Origin: Solirubrobacteraceae bacterium
GTDB taxonomy: Bacteria; Actinomycetota; Thermoleophilia; Solirubrobacterales; Solirubrobacteraceae
Assembly (NCBI GenBank): GCA_039744075.1
Contig: JBCJUC010000004.1
Span: 16,629 to 80,628 of the forward strand
Direction of reading: 5' to 3'
Length of the DNA: 64,000 bases
In this document: piece by piece, positions 8,246 to 19,151 of the stretch
Layout of the letters: every line of letters begins with the position of its first letter
How positions within the stretch are numbered: position 1 is the stretch's first letter
The notes under the pieces: generated by a model
What the model was told of the DNA's origin: nothing
The model's input: only the letters and a program-made list of their open reading frames with translations
Database searches by the model: none
Position numbers and translations under genes: made by a program

Positions 8246-9385
8246 TCAGCCATTTTGGGCGACCTCCCCGAGCAGGCCACGAGCGATCACGAGCCGCTGA
8301 ATCTCGCTTGTTCCTTCATAAATCTCAGTGATCTTGGCATCGCGGAAGTAGCGTTCGGCCGGAAAGTCCTTCGTGTAGCCGTAACCGCCGAGGATCTGGA
8401 TCGCCTCGCCCGTCCAGTGGCGCGCAACACGGCTGGCAAACAGCTTCGCCTGCGCGCCCTCGACCGTGTGCGCCGCGCCGGCGTCCTTCAGCCGCGCCGC
8501 GCGCAGCGTCAGCGCGCGAGCCGCCTCGATCTCGGTCTGCATGTCGGCGAGCTTCTGCTGAATCGCGCCAAAGCCGCCGATCGGCCGGCCGAAGGCCTCG
8601 CGCTCGCCCGCGTAGCCGACCGCCAGATCAAGCGCCGCCTGAGCGATTCCGGTTGCCTGAGCGGCGATCCCAATCCGGCCGCCGTCGAGTGTCGACAGCG
8701 CGATGCCCATTCCAGCGCCGGGCTCCCCCAGCCGCTCGACTTCGGCGTCATCGAAACGAATATCGGTGGTTGAGGATGAGTTCTGGCCGAGCTTTGCCGC
8801 CTCGCCCAGCAGCGCAATGCCCGGCGTACCGCGGCGGGCGATGAAGGCGCTAGGCCGCATCGCAGCGGCCGGATCTTTCGCAAAGACGATCACGGTGTGA
8901 GCGTGCGAGCCGTTCGTAACCCACTGCTTAGTGCCGCTCAGCAGCAGCCGCCCGCCGTCCTCACGCACGCTGCACAGCATCGCCGAGGCATCGCTGCCGG
9001 AGCCTGCCTCGGTCAGCGCGAAGGCCGCAAGCTCATGCCCCTGCGCGAGCGGCGGCACGAGCCGTTGGCGCTGCTCATCGCTGCCGTGGGCAAGGATCGC
9101 AACCGTGCCGGCGCCGGTGTGGACGGCGAGCGTCGTGCCAAGCCCGGCGTCGCCGCGTGAGATCTGCTCGATCACCAGTACGTAGGAGAGAAAGTCGGCG
9201 CCGCTGCCACCAAGCTCGGTCGGAACGCAGACGCCCAGCAGCCCCAGCTCACCCATCTCGGTCAGCGTTTGGCGGGGAAATTCGTGCTCGGCGTCCCAGC
9301 GCGCCGCCTGCGGCGCGACGCGCTCGTCGGCAAAGCGCCTTGCCAGCTCAGCTATCTGGCGCTGCTCATCGGTCAAAGCCTGCAA
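8246..9385 (-). CDS. acyl-CoA dehydrogenase
   Basis: ACAD motifs throughout: LTEAGSGSDA, WVTNG, GGYGYTKDFPAERYFRDAKITEIYEGTSEIQ. Start trimmed to TTG 9385, just after the HAD stop. The longest ORF reaches 9445. Confidence 0.85.
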   Translation of the reverse strand: MQALTDEQRQIAELARRFADERVAPQAARWDAEHEFPRQTLTEMGELGLLGVCVPTELGGSGADFLSYVLVIEQISRGDAGLGTTLAVHTGAGTVAILAHGSDEQRQRLVPPLAQGHELAAFALTEAGSGSDASAMLCSVREDGGRLLLSGTKQWVTNGSHAHTVIVFAKDPAAAMRPSAFIARRGTPGIALLGEAAKLGQNSSSTTDIRFDDAEVERLGEPGAGMGIALSTLDGGRIGIAAQATGIAQAALDLAVGYAGEREAFGRPIGGFGAIQQKLADMQTEIEAARALTLRAARLKDAGAAHTVEGAQAKLFASRVARHWTGEAIQILGGYGYTKDFPAERYFRDAKITEIYEGTSEIQRLVIARGLLGEVAQNG

Positions 9386-9392
9386 CGCCTGA

Positions 9393-10202
9393 TCAGCCCT
9401 TCCAAGGGTTACGAAGCCGCGGATTGGCAGGCGGCGCAGCGGCACTGCGACGAACGACGACGGTGCGACCTGCCGTGCCGACCAAGCCCATCAGTACCAG
9501 CGCACCGAGCGCCAGCAGCTTGCGGGTAAGTTGCTCAAAACGCAGAACCTCCCAACCCTCCTGATCGGCGACAGCCTCGAGCTCGCCGTCAGGATTGACG
9601 GCAACCGGGTGGCCAACAAGCCTCAGCATTGGCAGGTCCGATTCCGAATCGGAGTAGCCGTAGGAAGCGCCGAGGTCGATCCCCTCCAGCTCGGCCAGCC
9701 GCCGGATCCGCTCAGCCTTACCTTCGCGGTAGCTGAAGACGTCGGCGTCGGCGCCTGTCAGCTTGCCGTCAACGACCTCTGAGACAGAGCCGATGCCACC
9801 GTCAAAGCCGAGCACGTCGCTGAGCATCTCGGCGACGATCTGCGACGAGGCCGTAGCGATGTAGACGCGCCGCCCGGCATCCTGATGGTCGTAAGCAATT
9901 CGCAGCATCTGCGGGTAGAGCCGCGGCAGTACGCCAGCCAGCACCTCCGGCATCATCCGTCGCAGCTGTAGCGCGTCGCGGCCCGCGAGCAGCTGCGCGA
10001 GGCTGGCGCGCATCGCCTCGGTCGACTCGTCGGTTGATCCGCTCAGGCGAAACTTCAGGTTGGCGCCAAGCATCCGAACCATCTGGCGACGCGAGATGAT
10101 CCCCGCATCGACCGCCGCGCGCGCCCAATAGATCCCGGACGAGCCAGCGACCAGCGTTCGATCAAGATCAAAGAACGCTGCTGCCGTGTTGGCCGACTCC
10201 AT
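9393..10202 (-). CDS. HAD-IB family hydrolase (SerB-like phosphatase) with C-terminal membrane anchor
   Basis: Motif I FFDLDRTLV, motif IV YSDSESDLPML, and a C-terminal hydrophobic helix LLALGALVLMGLVG. Confidence 0.8.
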   Translation of the reverse strand: MESANTAAAFFDLDRTLVAGSSGIYWARAAVDAGIISRRQMVRMLGANLKFRLSGSTDESTEAMRASLAQLLAGRDALQLRRMMPEVLAGVLPRLYPQMLRIAYDHQDAGRRVYIATASSQIVAEMLSDVLGFDGGIGSVSEVVDGKLTGADADVFSYREGKAERIRRLAELEGIDLGASYGYSDSESDLPMLRLVGHPVAVNPDGELEAVADQEGWEVLRFEQLTRKLLALGALVLMGLVGTAGRTVVVRRSAAAPPANPRLRNPWKG

Positions 10203-10213
10203 ACAGCCTTACT

Positions 10214-11398
<1,185 letters not shown>

Positions 11399-11495
11399 TG
11401 GGGCTCCAAATCGGCTGACGGTCTTAGACGGTCAATAATAGTCGCGGCGCGCCTGCAACGACAGGCGACCCCGTCAAAGTCATAGTCTTGCTCAA

Positions 11496-12641
11496 ATGGA
11501 TTTCGCGCTTTCCGACGCCCACCAGCTGCTGCGCCAGACGGTCCGCAGCTTCGCCGAGCAGGAAGTCGCGCCGGTCGCCGGCGAACTTGACTTGGCGAAG
11601 GCCTTCCCCTACGAGATCGTCGCCAAGATGGCGAAGCTCGGCTGGATGGGGATCGCCTACCCCGAGCAGTACGGCGGCGCTGGCTCCGACACGCTGGCCT
11701 ACGCGATCTGCGTTGAGGAGCTGGCGCGGGCTGACTCTTCGGTCGCAATCACGCTCTGCGCACACTCATCTTTGGGGATCGCGCCGATCGCGCTATTCGG
11801 CAGCGACGAGCAGAAAGAACGCCTTCTGCCGGAGCTGTGCGCCGGAACAAAGCTCGGCGCCTTCGGGTTGACCGAGCCGGAGGCCGGCTCTGATGCCGGC
11901 GCGCTGCGCACGCGCGCCGTGCTCGAGGACGGCGAGTGGGTGATCAACGGATCGAAGCAGTTCATCACCAATGCGGGAACCGAGATCTCCGGCCACGTTG
12001 CGATCACAGCGATCACCGGCGAGGACAACGGCCGCCCTGAGATCTCCAACCTAATCATCGAACGCGGCACGCCCGGCTATCAGCAGGGCGAGCCGTACCG
12101 CAAGATGGGCTGGAATGCTTCTGACACGCGGCCGCTGAGCTTCGATGACTGCCGCGTGCCGCAAGCCAACCTGCTGGGGCCGCGCGGCGCCGGACTGCGG
12201 CAGTTCCTGCAGGTGCTTGACGCGGGCCGGATCGGCGTTGCCGCGATCGGCGTCGGCCTCGCCCAAGGGGCGCTCGACGAGGCGCTGAAGTACTCGGCTG
12301 AGCGCCAGGCATTCGGAAAGCCGATCGGCCAGTTCCAGATGATTCAGGCGAAGCTCGCCGACATGTCAACCGAGATCGAGGCGGCGCGGCTGCTGACCTG
12401 GAAGGCGGCCTGGGAGAAAGACCAAGGGCTGAACTACAGCCTGACGGCGGCGCAAGCGAAGCTGAAGACCGGCCGGTTGGCTGTCCGCTGCGCCGAGGAG
12501 GCCGTCCAGATTCATGGCGGCTACGGCTACATCGAGGAGTACCCGGTCTGTCGCTTCTACCGCGACGCCAAGGTGCTGACGATCGGTGAAGGCACCGACG
12601 AGATCCAGCAGATCGTGATTGCGCGCGCGCTGAGCGCTTGA
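11496..12641 (+). CDS. acyl-CoA dehydrogenase (short-chain/butyryl-CoA type)
   Basis: GLTEPEAGSDAG, ITNAG, GGYGYIEEYPVCRFYRDAKVLTIGEGTDEIQ. Confidence 0.9.
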   Translation: MDFALSDAHQLLRQTVRSFAEQEVAPVAGELDLAKAFPYEIVAKMAKLGWMGIAYPEQYGGAGSDTLAYAICVEELARADSSVAITLCAHSSLGIAPIALFGSDEQKERLLPELCAGTKLGAFGLTEPEAGSDAGALRTRAVLEDGEWVINGSKQFITNAGTEISGHVAITAITGEDNGRPEISNLIIERGTPGYQQGEPYRKMGWNASDTRPLSFDDCRVPQANLLGPRGAGLRQFLQVLDAGRIGVAAIGVGLAQGALDEALKYSAERQAFGKPIGQFQMIQAKLADMSTEIEAARLLTWKAAWEKDQGLNYSLTAAQAKLKTGRLAVRCAEEAVQIHGGYGYIEEYPVCRFYRDAKVLTIGEGTDEIQQIVIARALSA

Positions 12642-13975
12642 TGGACGGCGGTGGCCAGCGCAGCGCAGCGCCGGCCGCGCAGTTTGAGCCCGGCAGAATC
12701 GCTCGCGCTGCCCGGCGCGGCAGCGGCCGCGCATCGCTGCTGGTCTTCTTCCTCTGCTTTGCCGTTTACGCCGCGACGATCGGACTGCCGGCGACGCCCG
12801 ATTCGCAGCTCAGCCCGCGCGAGACGCGGATTCTGCTTACGACAAGCTCGCTCGTCAATGACGGCGACTTTGAGCTGAACAATCAGTACCGCGAGCACGG
12901 CTGGCAGGCCTTCGGCGCCGGCCCGGTGAAGCCGAGCGGGCTGCTGATCAACGGCCGCCTGATTGAGCCGCACGGCTTCCTCTTCCCGGCGCTACTGGCG
13001 CCGGCCTACGCAGTCGGTGGCACGACCGCAGTCCAGCTGCTGCTGGCCCTGATTGCGGCGCTTGGGATGGTTGCCGCCGCCGCGCTGGCAAGGCTGATTG
13101 TGCCTGACCCGTGGGCCAGCGGCGCAGCAATCGCCGTTGGCCTCAGCCCACCGGCGGTGATCGCGGCAACGACGATTCGGCCAGCGGCTGCCTGCGGCGC
13201 GGCAATCGCTTTTGCCGCGTTGCTGGCTTTGCGGGCGCGCGCCGCGCCGACGCCACGCCGCGCGATCAGCGCCGGCGCGCTGATCGCGCTGCTGCCGTGG
13301 CTGGGCGCGGTCACGCTGCTGCCGGCCGCCGTCATCACGTTCGCCCTGTATCGCTGGCTGCGGCACCGCTCACGCGGCTGGGTCGGGCTCGTTGCAACCG
13401 AGTTGGTGCTGCTGTCAGTTGTCGTTTACGTGTCGATCAACGCGCGGATCTTTGGCGGCCTCACGCCACTCTCAGGCCTAGCGATTGCGGACCCGCCGAC
13501 CGGCGCCGCCAGCGTCGGCGCCTACATCGATCGCCTGCCTCGGCTGGCCGAGCTGCTGCTCGACCCGCAGATTGGCCTGCTGTTGACGGCGCCGGTACTG
13601 GCTATGGCCTTCGTATCGGTTGCTCTGGCTTGGCGATCACGCCGTGCGCGACTGGCGCGGGCCCTTCCGGAGGCGGGCGAGGTCGAGAGGGCCAGCGGTC
13701 TGCTAGCAGCGATCTGCGGCGCCTCGCTACTGACAGCCGTATTCGCACTACCGTCGCTTGCGAGCATGTCGCCGGGCGAGCCGCTGGTCGTCGCCTTGCC
13801 GACCGCTGCGGCGCTCAGCGCCTGGGGAATCCGCCGCTACCCAAGAAGCGCGGTCGCACTGGCTGCTGTCGGCCTGGCGCTGACGCTGTGGCTGCTGGTT
13901 GCAGCGCGGCTTTCAGCGCAGGCTGGCCTATCACCGCTCAGCGGCCCGCTGCCATGGAGCATCTTCGCCAGCTGA
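12641..13975 (+). CDS. polytopic membrane protein, possibly a GT-C-type glycosyltransferase
   Basis: About 10 hydrophobic helices. The first loop carries an acidic motif (SPRETRILLTTSSLVNDGDFEL) reminiscent of GT-C/ArnT-PMT enzymes. Its start overlaps the ACAD stop. The function call is weak. Confidence 0.55.
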   Translation: MDGGGQRSAAPAAQFEPGRIARAARRGSGRASLLVFFLCFAVYAATIGLPATPDSQLSPRETRILLTTSSLVNDGDFELNNQYREHGWQAFGAGPVKPSGLLINGRLIEPHGFLFPALLAPAYAVGGTTAVQLLLALIAALGMVAAAALARLIVPDPWASGAAIAVGLSPPAVIAATTIRPAAACGAAIAFAALLALRARAAPTPRRAISAGALIALLPWLGAVTLLPAAVITFALYRWLRHRSRGWVGLVATELVLLSVVVYVSINARIFGGLTPLSGLAIADPPTGAASVGAYIDRLPRLAELLLDPQIGLLLTAPVLAMAFVSVALAWRSRRARLARALPEAGEVERASGLLAAICGASLLTAVFALPSLASMSPGEPLVVALPTAAALSAWGIRRYPRSAVALAAVGLALTLWLLVAARLSAQAGLSPLSGPLPWSIFAS

Positions 13976-13983
13976 GCAGCCGC

Positions 13984-14937
13984 TCAGTCGTCGAGCTGCT
14001 CGAGGATCTGCGTCGCAGCGCTGGCAGGATCGATCTTCCGTTCGACGACGCCGTCAAACAGCTCGGCAAAGCGCGGGTCGTTGTCAACGCGCCGCTCCAG
14101 CTCGCGTCGCATCCGGTGCGTGCAGATCGAGATCACTTCGCTGCGCAGGTTGCGGCGGCGACGCTCGGCCAGCGTCCCCTCGCTCTGGATGAAAGCGCGG
14201 TGTTCGTCGAGCGCGTCGGCCAGCTCGCCAACACCCTCGCCGCGCAGCGCGTCGGTCTTGATGATTGGCGTTGGCGGCCCGTCGGACGGGGCGAGGCTGA
14301 GGACGCCGCGGATCTCCCGCACCATCGTCTCGGTCATCGGGTGGTCGCACTTGTTGACAACAATGATGTCGGGAATCTCCATCACGCCGGCTTTCAGTGC
14401 CTGGATCGAATCGCCGGAGCCTGGCATCAGAATCAAGACGATCGTGTCGGCGTGATCGATGATGTCGACCTCAGCTTGGCCGACGCCAACGGTCTCAAGG
14501 AAGATGTCCTGGCGGCCTGAGGCGTCCATCAGCAGCGCCGTTTGCAGCGCCGCTTCGCTCAGTCCACCGAGTGCGCCGCGGTTGGCCATCGAGCGAATGA
14601 AGACGCCGCCATCGAGGAAGTGGTCGACCAGTCTGATTCGGTCGCCAAGCAGCGCGCCTTGCGTGAACGGCGAGGAAGGGTCGATCGAAAGGACGCCGAC
14701 GCTGCGACCCTGCTCGCGCCGTCGCGCCGTCAGCGCACTAATCAGCGTCGACTTGCCAACTCCCGGAGCGCCCGTGAAGCCGACGATCGAAGCCCTGCCG
14801 GTATGTGGATATACCTCGCGAACCAGCTCCCAGCCGCGTGGATCATCGGACTCCACCAGTGTGATCGCCCGCGCCAAGGCCCGCTGATCACCGGCCAGCA
14901 GGCGCTCGGCGAGGCTGTCTGAGGGGGCGGAAGTCAC
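13984..14937 (-). CDS. meaB: methylmalonyl/isobutyryl-CoA mutase-associated G-protein chaperone MeaB (ArgK)
   Basis: P-loop GFTGAPGVGKSTLISAL, ETVGVGQAE, NKCD. Start uncertain: the longest ORF reaches 15084 but would overlap the divergent acetyltransferase, so I trimmed it to GTG 14937. Confidence 0.85.
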   Translation of the reverse strand: MTSAPSDSLAERLLAGDQRALARAITLVESDDPRGWELVREVYPHTGRASIVGFTGAPGVGKSTLISALTARRREQGRSVGVLSIDPSSPFTQGALLGDRIRLVDHFLDGGVFIRSMANRGALGGLSEAALQTALLMDASGRQDIFLETVGVGQAEVDIIDHADTIVLILMPGSGDSIQALKAGVMEIPDIIVVNKCDHPMTETMVREIRGVLSLAPSDGPPTPIIKTDALRGEGVGELADALDEHRAFIQSEGTLAERRRRNLRSEVISICTHRMRRELERRVDNDPRFAELFDGVVERKIDPASAATQILEQLDD

Positions 14938-15008
14938 TGGCGCCGAGGTTAGCGGGCGGGCCGGTGGTCGCTCGCCCGGCAGCAGTGCGCGGCTAGGCTT
15001 GGCCGGAA

Positions 15009-15695
15009 ATGGAAACCGCCGCCCAGAGCAGCGCTGCTGCCGCACCGCAGGATCAGCCGCCAGTGCAGCCCGGACCGGCGCCACTGCGCGGCGGCACGCT
15101 CGAGCTGCTGCGCTTTGCCAGCGCCAACGGGATGCTGAACCTAAAGTACGCGCGGCTTGTCGCCCGCTGGGCGTGGCTGAAGCTGCGCTGGCGCGGCCGG
15201 CTAAAGAGCGACGGCCTGTTCTTCGTCTGCCCGGGAGTTAGCTTTGAGATCGGCCGCAACGCGAGCCTTGAGCTGGGCCGCTGGTCGTGGGTCGGCAACG
15301 GCTGCAAGATCCGCGTGCACGAAGGCGCCGTGCAGATCGGCGACCGCAGTGTGCTCGGGCAGGAGTGCACGATCTCGGCCTTCCAGCATGTCTCGATCGG
15401 GCGCCAGTGCATACTCGCCGACCGCGTGATGCTGATCGACTTCGACCACGCCACCAATGACGTTGAGCGGCCGATCCGCGATCAGGGGATTTACAAGCGC
15501 GACGTGCGGGTCGGCGACAACGTTTGGATTGGCTACGGCGCATCGCTGCTGCGCGGCGTCACAGTTGGCGATAACGCGATCGTCGGTGCGGCGGCGGTCG
15601 TCACGCGCGACGTTGAAGCGAACGCCGTCGTCGGCGGCTCACCGGCCCGCGTGCTGCGCATGCGCGAACAGCCGCAGACACTGCGCTGGCGCTAG
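15009..15695 (+). CDS. hexapeptide-repeat (left-handed beta-helix) acyl/acetyltransferase
   Basis: LbH repeats VRVGDNVWIGYGASLLRGVTVGDNAIVGAAAVVTRDVEANAVVGGSPARV. Start uncertain (15009 or Met at 15132). Confidence 0.8.
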   Translation: METAAQSSAAAAPQDQPPVQPGPAPLRGGTLELLRFASANGMLNLKYARLVARWAWLKLRWRGRLKSDGLFFVCPGVSFEIGRNASLELGRWSWVGNGCKIRVHEGAVQIGDRSVLGQECTISAFQHVSIGRQCILADRVMLIDFDHATNDVERPIRDQGIYKRDVRVGDNVWIGYGASLLRGVTVGDNAIVGAAAVVTRDVEANAVVGGSPARVLRMREQPQTLRWR

Positions 15696-15763
15696 ACACT
15701 GCGCTGGCGCTAGGCGCTGCGCTGGCGCTAAGCACGGCGCTGGCGCTAGGCGCTGGTGCGCGC
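15675..15763. repeat. about 5 tandem copies of an 18-bp unit (TAGACACTGCGCTGGCGC and variants)
   Basis: Units at 15675, 15693, 15711 and 15729, plus a partial unit at 15747. Units 2-5 begin with TAG or TAA in the acetyltransferase frame. The array fills the gap between two convergent genes and includes both stop codons. Confidence 0.9.
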
Positions 15764-16939
15764 CGCGGCGAGCGCTTCGTCGTAAACCTCGCGCGTTTGC
15801 GCCGCAACGTCGACCCAATCAAAGCCAAGGACGTGCTCTGAGGCTTCATTGACCAGCCGCTCGCGCAGCTCGCTGTTAGTCAGCATCCGCTCAATCATCA
15901 CACCGAGGTGATCGGCGTCGCCGCCGTTGAAGCGAAGACCGACCCGCTCGCCGGCGGGAACGACCTCGCGCAGCCCACCGGTGTCGGCGACGATGCAGGG
16001 GCAGCCGCTGGCCATCGCCTCAAGCGCAACCAGCCCGAACGGCTCATAGAGGCTCGGAACCACGCAAAGGTCGGCGATCCGGTAGAGCGAGTGCAGAAGA
16101 TCGTCGCCGATCCAACCAAGGAAGCTGCCGTGTTCCAGCAGCCCAAGCTGCTCGGCCTGAGCCTTCAGCTCCGCTTCATGCGTTCCCGACCCAGCGACAA
16201 GGAAGCGGACGTTGCCAACCCGTTCGATAATCGGCGGCAGCGCCTCAAGTGCCAGCTGGAAGCCCTTCTCGTAAACCAGCCTGCCGACCAGAATCACGAG
16301 CAGCTCGTCGGCGGCTGCGAAGTTGGCGCGCAGCGTCTCGAGGTCATCAACCGGTTGAAGGTCAAGCGGGTCGATCCCATTCGGGATCACACTGACGCAC
16401 TGCTCATCAAGCTCGTAGATGTCGGCAACGTGGCCGCGCATGTAGTACGAGCAGGTGATCAGCCGATCGGCGCGGCCCGACATCCAGCGCTCAACGCCAT
16501 GGATCCAGCTCTGCGGGTGCTTCTCAACCCAGCCCTGATGGCGCCCGTATTCGGTCGCGTGGATCGTGATCACGAGTGGACAGCGGAAGCGGTTTGCGAG
16601 GTGGTCGCCGGCGACCGCAACCAGCCAGTCGTGGCCGTGGACAATGTCGAAGTCGTAACGGTCGCCAAGCTCGACCCCGGCCGCCAGCATGTCGGCGTTC
16701 ATATGCTCGATCCAAGTAACAAACTCGCCAAGTTCGCGCGGCCGGCCCGGTTCCGGCACGCGATGGACGACAACGCCGGCGACCAGCTGTTCAGCGGCCA
16801 GCGACCCATCGCCGCGCGTCAGTACGTGAACGTCAACCCCTTGGACGACAAGTTGCTCGGCCAGTTTGCGGACGTGGCGAGCGAGGCCGCCCTCGATCAC
16901 CGGCGGGTATTCCCAAGAAAGAATTAGAACTCTGGTCAT
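15746..16939 (-). CDS. GT4 family (GT-B) alpha-glucosyltransferase, glycogen-synthase-like
   Basis: N-terminal MTRVLILSWEYPPVIEGGLARHV and C-terminal EPFGLVALEAMASGCPCIVADTGGLREV. Its ATG overlaps the GH57 stop (ATGA at 16936-16939). Confidence 0.9.
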   Translation of the reverse strand: MTRVLILSWEYPPVIEGGLARHVRKLAEQLVVQGVDVHVLTRGDGSLAAEQLVAGVVVHRVPEPGRPRELGEFVTWIEHMNADMLAAGVELGDRYDFDIVHGHDWLVAVAGDHLANRFRCPLVITIHATEYGRHQGWVEKHPQSWIHGVERWMSGRADRLITCSYYMRGHVADIYELDEQCVSVIPNGIDPLDLQPVDDLETLRANFAAADELLVILVGRLVYEKGFQLALEALPPIIERVGNVRFLVAGSGTHEAELKAQAEQLGLLEHGSFLGWIGDDLLHSLYRIADLCVVPSLYEPFGLVALEAMASGCPCIVADTGGLREVVPAGERVGLRFNGGDADHLGVMIERMLTNSELRERLVNEASEHVLGFDWVDVAAQTREVYDEALAAARTSA

Positions 16940-18330
16940 GGCTCAAGCAGCGGCGCCAGCTGCAGTTCGGGTGCGAGGCTGCGCAGCGCCGGGCTCTGCG
17001 AGGGTACCCGGCTGAGCTCCGAACCGAACCGTTCAAGGTGGCCGTTGAAACGCTCCAGCGCGTAGGGCCCGGCCAGATCACCGTCTTCGAGGAACGCCCA
17101 ATCGCTTGACTGCAAGGCAAGTAGCTCGCGCGCGGCGCGCAGCGAAATCGTCGATCCTGCGGCAACGGCGCGCAGTTCGGCGCAGCGCGCCCGGTCGGTG
17201 ATCGGCGCGACCTTCGCCGACGACCAAGTGCGCAGCGAGTTGCCTGCCCCCCAGCTTGATGGCCAACGATCGCCGGCCGGCCAGGGGTCGGCGTCGATCC
17301 CCTCCAGCGCATCGTCAAGTAGCGCCAGCTCTAGTCCGATTTCGGCGCAGCAGCCAACGAAGGCGGCAAGGAAGGCCGGCCCTTCGTGCCACCAGAGGCC
17401 AAACAGTTCAGTGTCAAAGGCCAGCGTGCAGAGACCGCCGGCGGCGACGCGCTCGGCGCAGCGCGCGGCAAAGGCGGCTGCGTCCTGCTCTGCCTGAAGC
17501 TGCGCGCGGGCCGCGTCGTAGAGCTGACCGTCGTTTGCCCACGGCTTGTGGTCGAAGGTCGTCCGCCGGTGCGTGTCGCGGTAGGCAGCGCCCGCGGGAT
17601 AGCCGCCGGAACCCCAGACAAGGTCGATCAGCTGACGGTCGATCGGCACCAGCAGCGGCCCGTCGGCGCTGCGCAGCGGGCGCAGGTTGCGCCGGTTCCC
17701 GGCGCCAAAGTAGGCCGTCATCTCAACGCAGGCGGCGTGCACTCCAGCCTCCTCAAGCAAACGGTCGTTTCCTGGATCGTGTGCGCACTCCGGCAGCCAG
17801 AAGCCGCCGCGCCAGCTTTGCCCAAAGCGGCGGCGGTGGCTCTCGACGCCAGCCTCAACCTGCAGACGGATGCCGGCGTCGGTCGCCAGCAGCGGCAGGA
17901 TTGCGTGCGTCGCGCTGCTCGTCCAGGCTGCGTACGGAGCGAGCCGTCCCAGCAGATCACCGTTACAGGCGTCCAGCGCGGCAACCGCGTCGACGTATTG
18001 GCCGGCGGCTCGCTCCAACTCAGCCGCCAGAGCCTCGTGGCCGCCTGCGCGGCAGCCCTCGGCGTCAAGCCGGTGCGTCTGCGGCCGCAGCTCGCGCAGG
18101 AACTCGGTGCAACGCTGCATCGCCCCGTCAGCCTCCAGCTGATCGCAGAGCACCGGCGTCAGTGACAGCGTCAGCGGAGCGCCGTCCTCAAGCAGCGCGG
18201 CGATCGGCAGATACGAGGTGGCGATCGCCTCCCACAGCCACTCCTCACCAAAAGGCCAGGTGCCAAAGCCCTCGACGTAGGGCATGTGGGTGTGCAGAAC
18301 AATTGCGACGCGGCCGCGTTGCGCGCTCAT
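16936..18330 (-). CDS. GH57 family glycoside hydrolase (1,4-alpha-glucan branching-enzyme-like)
   Basis: N-terminal VAIVLHTHMPYVEGFGTWPFGEEWLWEAIATSYLPI is characteristic of GH57/DUF1957 branching enzymes. Confidence 0.88.
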   Translation of the reverse strand: MSAQRGRVAIVLHTHMPYVEGFGTWPFGEEWLWEAIATSYLPIAALLEDGAPLTLSLTPVLCDQLEADGAMQRCTEFLRELRPQTHRLDAEGCRAGGHEALAAELERAAGQYVDAVAALDACNGDLLGRLAPYAAWTSSATHAILPLLATDAGIRLQVEAGVESHRRRFGQSWRGGFWLPECAHDPGNDRLLEEAGVHAACVEMTAYFGAGNRRNLRPLRSADGPLLVPIDRQLIDLVWGSGGYPAGAAYRDTHRRTTFDHKPWANDGQLYDAARAQLQAEQDAAAFAARCAERVAAGGLCTLAFDTELFGLWWHEGPAFLAAFVGCCAEIGLELALLDDALEGIDADPWPAGDRWPSSWGAGNSLRTWSSAKVAPITDRARCAELRAVAAGSTISLRAARELLALQSSDWAFLEDGDLAGPYALERFNGHLERFGSELSRVPSQSPALRSLAPELQLAPLLEP

Positions 18331-19151
18331 CAGGGCCTGATCACGGCGAGCAGGTCGAGCGCCCGGTCGAGCCGGCGCGAAGCGTCGTGTTCGCTGACCA
18401 GCGTGAAGTCGTTGACGGAGATTGCCGGCACAAAGCGGTCGTAGAAGCGCTGCGTGATGCCAAGCCGCTTGTGGACGGTGTCCCAGCCGAACCGTTCGAT
18501 CGCGACCTGATGAGCGCGCAGCCGCCCAGCGTGATGCAGGCCAAAGATCTCGACCCGTCCGAAATGCTCAGCGCAGAGCGCGCGAAACTCATCCGGACGG
18601 TACTCATGGACGTGCCACGGGTTGCCGGAACGCTCGGCCCCTTCCGGCGCCAGTGTCAGAACATTCGGCGTTGAGACGTAGACCGCTGGCCTGTCGCTGG
18701 CGGCGACAAGGCCGGCGCAGTGGTCGAGAATCTGGCCGGGATTGTCGACATGTTCGATTGTCTGCAGGAAGACGACAACGTCACGCGGCTCGTTGTAACT
18801 GTCGATCAGCGTCCGCTCGAAGCGTAGCTTCCCGCCGCCGTAACGGGCAGCAGCGTGGGCGTGCGCATCAGGGTTGGCGTCAACGCCGACGACATCGGAT
18901 GCGCTGCCAGCCAGGACCTTGCTGCCGTAGCCCTCGCCGCAGGCCAGGTCGGCGACGCGCAGCCCGCCGCTGCGGGCGGCAATCCACTCGTAGACGATCA
19001 GATGGCGGCGGTACCAGTAGTTCTCCTGGGGCACGTCCGGCAGCGTCCGCTCGCCCGTTAACTCAAGTGGCGGCACGCCCTCTGGCTGACCGCTCTGAAA
19101 GATCCGCGGCGCAGTTGCGTCGGTGCGCTCAGGTGGTTCGCCGCCGGCCAT
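18330..19151 (-). CDS. class I SAM-dependent methyltransferase
   Basis: Motif I VADLACGEGYGSKVLA and motif post-II VVVFLQTIEHV. Start and stop overlap their neighbours by 1 nt each. Confidence 0.88.
   Translation of the reverse strand: MAGGEPPERTDATAPRIFQSGQPEGVPPLELTGERTLPDVPQENYWYRRHLIVYEWIAARSGGLRVADLACGEGYGSKVLAGSASDVVGVDANPDAHAHAAARYGGGKLRFERTLIDSYNEPRDVVVFLQTIEHVDNPGQILDHCAGLVAASDRPAVYVSTPNVLTLAPEGAERSGNPWHVHEYRPDEFRALCAEHFGRVEIFGLHHAGRLRAHQVAIERFGWDTVHKRLGITQRFYDRFVPAISVNDFTLVSEHDASRRLDRALDLLAVIRP

Noticed and set aside
8087-8773. 228-aa ORF as an intact gene
   Set aside because: Only the first 50 or so codons resemble a transporter. The rest is antisense to a well-supported acyl-CoA dehydrogenase and has no membrane character. 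Kept only as a possible remnant.
13111-14520. 469-aa plus-strand ORF spanning the membrane protein and meaB regions
   Set aside because: Arg/Gly/Ala-rich composition and out of frame with the hydrophobic membrane protein. Its 3' half is antisense to MeaB, whose P-loop and NKxD motifs are unambiguous.
15675-15763. 18-bp tandem repeat considered as a CRISPR array
   Set aside because: The units are directly adjacent with no spacers and are far shorter than CRISPR repeats. No cas genes are present in the window.
17256-18674. 472-aa plus-strand ORF, with companions at 17386..18165 and 17198..17497
   Set aside because: Extremely Arg/Ala/Pro-rich, no motifs, and fully antisense to the GH57 and methyltransferase genes, which have strong family signatures. 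A typical high-GC shadow ORF.
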